Part shown: piece by piece, positions 58,318 to 64,000 of the stretch | Numbering within the stretch: the first letter of the stretch is position 1 | How the letters are laid out: each line of letters opens with the position of its first letter | DNA from: Marinilabiliales bacterium | GTDB taxonomy: Bacteria; Bacteroidota; Bacteroidia; Bacteroidales; ML635J-15 | Length of the DNA: 64,000 nucleotides | Reading direction: 5' to 3' | NCBI GenBank assembly: GCA_002869385.1 | Contig: PKTB01000007.1 | Span: forward strand, 80,729 to 144,728 | Notes under the pieces: model-generated | What the model was told of the DNA's origin: nothing | Database searches by the model: none | The model's input: only the letters and a program-made list of their open reading frames with translations | Position numbers and translations under genes: made by a program

Positions 58318-59236
58318 AAGATTTTTTTTGTATTATTTGAGTCCACCAAAGTTGACTGTATTTTTGACTGATAATTGTGCGCAGATTGTTCTCAATTATA
58401 ATTAAACTGAGGTTTTTTGCTTCATCAATAAACCAAGTGTTGAAATCCACTTTTTTTATAGTGTATTTTTCGAAAATAAGATTGGTATTGTTTTTTTTTA
58501 TTAGTTTTAGTAGAATAAATGCGTTTTCGATTTCGATAACTGAAGTTACTTGGCCAGGTTTAATGCTGTTAAGGCTCAATCTGATTTGTGACTCTGGATT
58601 GGTGCAGTTGTAAGATTGTTTTTGATTGTATATTTTTGAGAAATCCTGTTTTAGCGTGTCGGTTGTGAATGAAAACTTTTCTTTTGGGAGAGGCTTTCCA
58701 TTGGAGAGTGCCTTGAATAAATCTTCGGCATTAAGTATGCTTTTGATGTGAAATTAGGGAGTGTACCAATAGTAGTTTCTTAGTTTTTGATTAATAATTT
58801 TAGGGGTAATGAATAAACGATAAAATGAAGCTGTGTCAGCACCAAAGATAGATTTAATTTTTTTTAAAATCTCAGGAGCGATTGTTGTAGAATCATAGTG
58901 ATTGATAAAACTAATAACTTCTGCATTAGTTGGGAGAATCCCATATTTTTGAGCGATTAGCTCTTCAAAAGTATCATTAACTAACATAATGAATGCCAAG
59001 GGAGCATCAACCTCAACATTACCGTATACTTTTTCAATATTTATTTTATATTGCACATCCTGAAACGAGATGTTAATATTATCTATCTGTGCAAGTATCT
59101 TTTGGTTAGGATTTAAAACGATATCTGTTTTTTCTGCAGTACCGATTTCGAACTTTTGGAACAAAAAATACAGTAAAAAAATTAAAACGCATCCTAGAGC
59201 CATTAAAAGAAATACTATTTTAGTTAGCTTATCCAT
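58301..59236 (-). CDS. Membrane-anchored protein with a weak parvulin/SurA-like PPIase resemblance. It has an in-frame TAA at 58754-58756.
   Basis: This is one 312-codon frame with an N-terminal TM segment. The sequence ...NYYWYTP*FHIKSILNAEDLF...LNSIKPGQVTSVIEIENAFILLKLI resembles the parvulin C-terminal strand pattern. The assignment is weak. Confidence 0.35.
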
Positions 59237-59241
59237 TTTTA

Positions 59242-61074
59242 TTAGTCTGTAATTATTAGTTTTTGTTTTTTTACTAATTTGGAATCTTTAGACACTAACA
59301 GAAAATATGTTCCTGAAGAAATATCTTTATTAAAAGTCAATTTTGTTTTACCTTCGGGGATATTACCGACAAACAAGGTTCTAATTTTTTGTCCATTGAT
59401 GTTATATAAAGTAATTTCAAAGCTTGCAAGTTGATCGTTTTGAATATTGACAAACCAAGAATCGTTACAAGGGTTTGGGAAAACACTTATATTATTATCA
59501 GCATTATTATTTAAATCGATTGAAACTGTGGCATAATTTATTTCTGCAATCCAAGTATCGAGACAGTGGTGAGTAGAACCTGAAAATAGTTTTTCATTTC
59601 CAAAGCAACCTGCAAGCCAGACCGTTGGGGATTCTGCATTATGCTTTCTTGCAATGCCAGTATATGCACCCCAAGGAGCAAGTCCATCAGATTCACCAAA
59701 ATCAACGTAAGAGTTCCAAGATTTTACTGTTACAGGATTTGACCAATTGAGTTGGTCATCACAGGATACTGCCATTAGTTCTGGTAAAATGTCGGGACTG
59801 GATCTTAAAAATGAAATAGCGACAGTTTTGTCATTAGAAGAAGATGTGAAAGAAGCAAGAGAGGGATAGGAACAGCTAGAATTCTCCAAACTAAAAACGG
59901 AAGATATATTTGTGAGAGTAGCTAAATTAAGGCGATTATAATTAATAGAGTTATTCCCTGAATCATCCTGATCAGAACTGAAAACATAATGGATAAACCC
60001 ATCAAGAAAAAATGCACTTAAGATTCTACAATCTCCATTGTTAAGGTAAACATCAGATTGAGCCTGAGAAACGCTGTCGGCTATGAAGAATTCAGGAACC
60101 TCAATTGAATTGATTTCAAAAGAAGGATTATTAAGCATATTATCAGTGAGGTGGTATAAGCTAACGGTAAAATTATTTAATACATGAGCTACGAAAAACA
60201 TACCAGGGCCATAATTACCTAACGCGCCATAAGAAGCGGGAACAATTGTAAAAGGTTTGTCGTCAATGTAATAGTAATAATTAAGGATAATATCGTCTCC
60301 ACTGTAACCATTTATTTTAAGGATTTGTAAAATTATTGATTGGTCAAAATTTCCTGAATCTTTATGCAAATTACCTGTTATAAAAATCTCATCAGTTGAA
60401 ACACCAATTCTAGGGAAAAGTAATCTTGTGTTGTTTTCCAAAAGATCACCAGGTATGACATAAACATTCCATTCGTCTAAAGGGTTGTTTGTGGTTGAGA
60501 AACAAATGACAATTTTTGCATTTTCGGCAACATAGCCATGAATAGCGGTAAAAACAAATCTGTCAGAACCGGAATCATATAAAACAACTGGGTCGTGCAG
60601 AGTAGAAGTTATATCGGGGTGATCAATAAAACTATTTAAAGATGTTGACAAAAAACAATTCCCAAAACTGTTATAAATGCAAATATTAGAATTTGCGAGA
60701 CTTACTATATATCCATCATTAGAAATAGCTAAAGAATTTTGAGCTGGAGAGTAGCCGTTGAAATAATTAGCTTCGAAGTTAGCACCTACAGTTAAAGATG
60801 TAGATGATTCTTTGGTGCCAATGGAGCCACGCGTCTGAAGACGCGCGGCAGAGAGAGATTTGTCAGAGGTGTTATAGTTATGTTGAATACTATTAAAATT
60901 TTCTTCAAATTTTGCAGTTTTGCCAATAGAGCAAAAAGATAAAACACCTGATTTTATTGCTGCATTGTGTTTTGATGGAGCTGTAAGATTTACTTTAGTT
61001 TCTTGTGCATTTGAAATAAGTATAGAAATAAAACATGAGGTAAAAAGAATAGATTTTAGAATTTTAGTTTTCAT
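59242..61074 (-). CDS. T9SS-sorted protein of unknown function
   Basis: It has a signal peptide. The CTD is ISVFPNPCNDSWFVNI...GTYFLLVS. A copy of the GC-rich hairpin motif lies in-frame at 60836-60859. Confidence 0.5.
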   Translation of the reverse strand: MKTKILKSILFTSCFISILISNAQETKVNLTAPSKHNAAIKSGVLSFCSIGKTAKFEENFNSIQHNYNTSDKSLSAARLQTRGSIGTKESSTSLTVGANFEANYFNGYSPAQNSLAISNDGYIVSLANSNICIYNSFGNCFLSTSLNSFIDHPDITSTLHDPVVLYDSGSDRFVFTAIHGYVAENAKIVICFSTTNNPLDEWNVYVIPGDLLENNTRLLFPRIGVSTDEIFITGNLHKDSGNFDQSIILQILKINGYSGDDIILNYYYYIDDKPFTIVPASYGALGNYGPGMFFVAHVLNNFTVSLYHLTDNMLNNPSFEINSIEVPEFFIADSVSQAQSDVYLNNGDCRILSAFFLDGFIHYVFSSDQDDSGNNSINYNRLNLATLTNISSVFSLENSSCSYPSLASFTSSSNDKTVAISFLRSSPDILPELMAVSCDDQLNWSNPVTVKSWNSYVDFGESDGLAPWGAYTGIARKHNAESPTVWLAGCFGNEKLFSGSTHHCLDTWIAEINYATVSIDLNNNADNNISVFPNPCNDSWFVNIQNDQLASFEITLYNINGQKIRTLFVGNIPEGKTKLTFNKDISSGTYFLLVSKDSKLVKKQKLIITD

Positions 61075-61106
61075 TTTAATGATTTTTAAGTTATTATCAA
61101 ATTATT

Positions 61107-62741
61107 TTAATCTTTACAATGTATGTAATAAAATGTAATAGGTGAATACTCCTTAATTTCTGACAACTGAACACTACCATAGCCCCCTATTGAATAAATT
61201 TTATTATTACAACGAACAACGCCATGTCGATATCTCGCAGTAATCTTTGCTAGATTCGGGAAGCCAACATACCATGTGTTTGTTTCGGGGGAATAAGCAT
61301 CGTTTAACTCAACTGATGTTGAACCACCTATAAGGAATATGAGCCCATTAACTTCAGCAGCTCCGAAACGTGTTCGTGAAGAAGGGATGCTTGCTTTAGT
61401 AGTCCATGTGTCTGTAGCGGGGTCATATTCTTCGTTGGACGTATTATTAAAAACATAAATTTTATTATTATATGCAACGGCAGCCCCATATTGCATTGAT
61501 GCTAAAGAACTTGATTTTATATTCCAAGTGTTTGAGACAGGGTCATATTCATAACAAGCCTTTCCATCTGTACCTGCTCCGAAAACGTAAATTTTATCAT
61601 TTACTACAGCAGAGCAAATCCCCATCTTTGCTCCAGGCATGGGTTGTTTTGTAGTCCAAGTGTCTGTAGCGGGGTCATATTCTTCATTGACTGCAGATTC
61701 AGTGTAAACATAAGTATAGGTATAAGTGACTATGCAGCCTCCAATAGCATATATTTTTCCATTTGCTGACGATGAGGTAAGTTTTATTCTTGCTGTTGGC
61801 ATAGTTGTTTTACTCTGCCAATTGTCTGAAGAAGGGTCATATTTGCGATTCAGATTGCTTGCATATTGAGAACCATTAAAACAACCCCCAACAAGGTATA
61901 TGTTCCCATTTAGCTCTGCGACCGCATGGTCATAAACAGTTCCAGACATTGAAGCTTTTGTTGTCCAATAATTATTAATTGTTGAATAATCGCCAGAATA
62001 GGAATATCCTGCAGGTGGCGTTATTGAGTTGCTAGTGATACAGGTGTTTGTAGGAATGCCAAAATTGCCAAGTTGTCCAAGTATTTGAAAGTTAGAGCCA
62101 TCAAAAATAATTGAAACGTACTGACCGTTTAAGATATAGTTTGTTTCAAGAGCATAACTATAATTCTTTTTAATAGCAATGTTTCCTAAAGAATTTATAT
62201 TTATTGAAGCAGACCCTGAGTTTGAAAAAGTTGCTTTGAAATGAATAATCATGCCGGGAGTATATTCTGTAAGGGCAGGATCCAGATTTACGACATAAGC
62301 ATTGTCAGAACCAGATGCGACAGAATAAATCAAAGAGTTTTTTTGAATTGTGGCAGCATTTACGGCATCTGCTGATGCTGTGGGTGCAGCAAGGTTGTTA
62401 ATTTTAAAGCTATACATATTGAGATTCATTTGAGCAATATGAGAACCGAGATTATCAGAAACGCATTTCCAATCAGGAGAAGTAGGCAAGCCGTAGTTGT
62501 AATAAAATCCTTTTTCTACATCTGTTTGAAAAACCATTAGCCCGTGAGCAGGATTGCTAATTGCATTTCGTTCTGTCTCAGACATTCTTGGGATAAGAAT
62601 ACCTTTGTCTGTGGATTTAACATCAAGCATTGATGAAGGGTCGGGGGTTTCGCCAGAAGTGCTAATTCCAACCTGAGGATACAAATTGTTATAAGTAAAA
62701 AGAATTAATAACAATAATGAAATAAAGCTAATTTTTTTCAT
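61107..62741 (-). CDS. Secreted Kelch-repeat (beta-propeller) protein
   Basis: It has repeated blades (NGNIYLVGG, NGKIYAIGG, NDKIYVFG, NNKIYVF, NGLIFLIGG, NNKIYSIGG) with W/Y spacing typical of Kelch motifs. Confidence 0.6.
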   Translation of the reverse strand: MKKISFISLLLLILFTYNNLYPQVGISTSGETPDPSSMLDVKSTDKGILIPRMSETERNAISNPAHGLMVFQTDVEKGFYYNYGLPTSPDWKCVSDNLGSHIAQMNLNMYSFKINNLAAPTASADAVNAATIQKNSLIYSVASGSDNAYVVNLDPALTEYTPGMIIHFKATFSNSGSASININSLGNIAIKKNYSYALETNYILNGQYVSIIFDGSNFQILGQLGNFGIPTNTCITSNSITPPAGYSYSGDYSTINNYWTTKASMSGTVYDHAVAELNGNIYLVGGCFNGSQYASNLNRKYDPSSDNWQSKTTMPTARIKLTSSSANGKIYAIGGCIVTYTYTYVYTESAVNEEYDPATDTWTTKQPMPGAKMGICSAVVNDKIYVFGAGTDGKACYEYDPVSNTWNIKSSSLASMQYGAAVAYNNKIYVFNNTSNEEYDPATDTWTTKASIPSSRTRFGAAEVNGLIFLIGGSTSVELNDAYSPETNTWYVGFPNLAKITARYRHGVVRCNNKIYSIGGYGSVQLSEIKEYSPITFYYIHCKD

Positions 62742-62842
62742 AGTTAAAAGTTTTAAATTATATTTTAATGTAAAGGTATGTCAGAAAAGAAGGATAGAGC
62801 AAGGGGAGTATGTATAAGTTGATAAATTGAACCACAATACAT

Positions 62843-62983
62843 GCTTCGACAAGCTCAGCAACCGTGCTTCGACAAGCTCAGCAACCGTGCTTCGACAAGC
62901 TCAGCAACCGTGCTTCGACAAGCCAGCAACCGTGTTTCGACCCTTCGATCCTTCGACAAGCCAGGAACTGAAGCTCAGGGATC
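62843..62983. repeat. 23-bp tandem repeat plus degenerate TTCGAC units (GC-rich element family)
   Basis: GCTTCGACAAGCTCAGCAACCGT occurs x3 perfectly (62843-62911), followed by a 22-bp copy. The array then continues GTTTCGACCCTTCGATCCTTCGACAAGCC...GCTCAGGGATC. Confidence 0.9.
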
Positions 62984-63239
62984 AATAGTACACCTTAGGT
63001 TCGTAGGTTTGCTTATGAGGATTAATACCACGAAGGCACGAAGGCAGTACTGTATATGAAGGAAAAGGAAGCAGCTTAGAAATAATGAATACTGAGAAAC
63101 GCAGAGCTGAGAAATGTCACGCAAAGACGAAGAGAAGAAAAATGTCACGCAAAGGCGCAAAGATGCAAAGAGGAAATGTGAGGACTGGCTTGTTCCACTT
63201 CATCAAATCGTGTTGAAACAATGAGTCGCATTGATGGGA

Positions 63240-64000
63240 TTATGATGATTTAATTTCTTTTTGAAATTCAGATGGAGATACTCCGGTGTGCTTTCTAAAA
63301 GCTCTATTAAAAGAACTTTTTGAGTTGAATCCAACAGATAAAGCGATGCCTTCGATTGAGTAATAATCGTATTTTGAATCAGAAAGTAATAAGCGGGCCT
63401 CTTTAACACGAAGCTCATTTATAAAATTATTGAAACTTTTATTGTAGTAATCGTTTATAATCTGAGAAAGATAAGATCTATTAGTTTCTAAAATCGCTGC
63501 AAATTTTTCAATGGTGAGGTCTTGATGCAAAAAAACTTTATCTTCTTCTATTTGAGTAATAATCTTTTTCGCTAGAATTTCGCGAGTTTCATCAGTAAGA
63601 TTGTATGATGTGTATTTGTTAGCATTATTATTTAAAGTGTCTGTTTTTGCATCATTTTCCAGAAAATTCAGTTTTACATTTATATTATTACCAAGAGAAT
63701 TTACTAATTCTTTAGATTTAATTAATTCCTTTTCGGTTTTGGTAATTTCGATATTTTGCTTAAGTAACAGTTTGGATGCTTTTGTCTTAGAAATGTAGAT
63801 ATAAATGAAAATGGCAATAAATAAGATTAATAGAATGATACCTGCAAGATAAATGTTTTTTAGTAGAGTTTGTTTACGTATTTCGAGTTCTTTTATTGTG
63901 TTGTTTTTGTGAAGAATTTGATTTTCTTTTTCTTTTTTATCGGTGTTATATTTTACCTGCATATCTGCGAGTTGCTTTGTTTTATCTTCGCTAAAAATGC
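63240..64000 (-). CDS. AraC-family HTH transcriptional regulator with a coiled-coil and TM segment. It is partial, and its N-terminus lies beyond the window.
   Basis: The C-terminal HTH_AraC region is LSQIINDYYNKSFNNFINELRVKEARLLL...IEGIALSVGFNSKSSFNRAFRKHTGVSPSEF. The TM segment is IYLAGIILLILFIAIFIYIYI. The frame stays open upstream of the first Met to the window edge. Confidence 0.7.
   Translation of the reverse strand, partial: IFSEDKTKQLADMQVKYNTDKKEKENQILHKNNTIKELEIRKQTLLKNIYLAGIILLILFIAIFIYIYISKTKASKLLLKQNIEITKTEKELIKSKELVNSLGNNINVKLNFLENDAKTDTLNNNANKYTSYNLTDETREILAKKIITQIEEDKVFLHQDLTIEKFAAILETNRSYLSQIINDYYNKSFNNFINELRVKEARLLLSDSKYDYYSIEGIALSVGFNSKSSFNRAFRKHTGVSPSEFQKEIKSS

Noticed and set aside
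62843-62983. Possible CRISPR arrays at the GC-rich tandem repeats (also at 721-780, 9208-9260 and 52084-52150)
   Set aside because: The units abut each other with no spacers. The periods are only 8-23 bp. The repeats share a common core across loci, and no cas genes are present. These are tandem repeats, not CRISPRs.

Overview
This is a strongly AT-rich, Bacteroidota-like chromosomal segment. The evidence is T9SS C-terminal sorting domains on many ORFs, a PorP/SprF gene, SprB-type and FISUMP domains, and a Bacteroidota-type tyrosine integrase. I saw no rRNA, tRNA or CRISPR array. Layout: (1) 1-9.3 kb holds T9SS cargo genes: an adhesin tail plus PorP/SprF, S41 and C10 peptidases, and a surface protein. 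(2) 9.5-25.6 kb holds an integrase followed by eleven minus-strand gene blocks of unrelated function. Their spacers are packed with long imperfect palindromes and repeat families, which resembles an integron-like cassette array. The blocks include two radical-SAM/SPASM loci (one with a Cys-rich precursor peptide), a CBS-HEPN protein and a TIR-like/caspase/TIR-like module that resembles type IV Thoeris. (3) 26-29 kb holds remnants of a mobilisable element (ArdC-like). (4) 31.2-43.1 kb holds one 3,280-codon SpvB/TcB - FG-GAP - RHS toxin frame with a T9SS-sorted partner gene. (5) 43.6-51.9 kb holds defence cargo: an ABC-type ATPase with a possible Toprim-like partner, and a 1,387-codon DUF4297-nuclease/P-loop STAND-like frame. 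This cargo is bracketed by two copies of a module made of a DUF4248-like HTH gene plus a 250-bp repeat. (6) 52-64 kb holds tandem paralogous T9SS surface proteins, a Kelch protein and an AraC-type regulator. Two oddities run through the whole window. First, at least 21 in-frame stop codons (TAA, TGA and TAG) split otherwise intact genes, with almost no frameshifts. Second, a dispersed family of GC-rich hairpin plus short-tandem-repeat elements is present, and some copies sit in-frame inside coding sequence. All family assignments come from motif recognition by eye; no database search or folding program was run.
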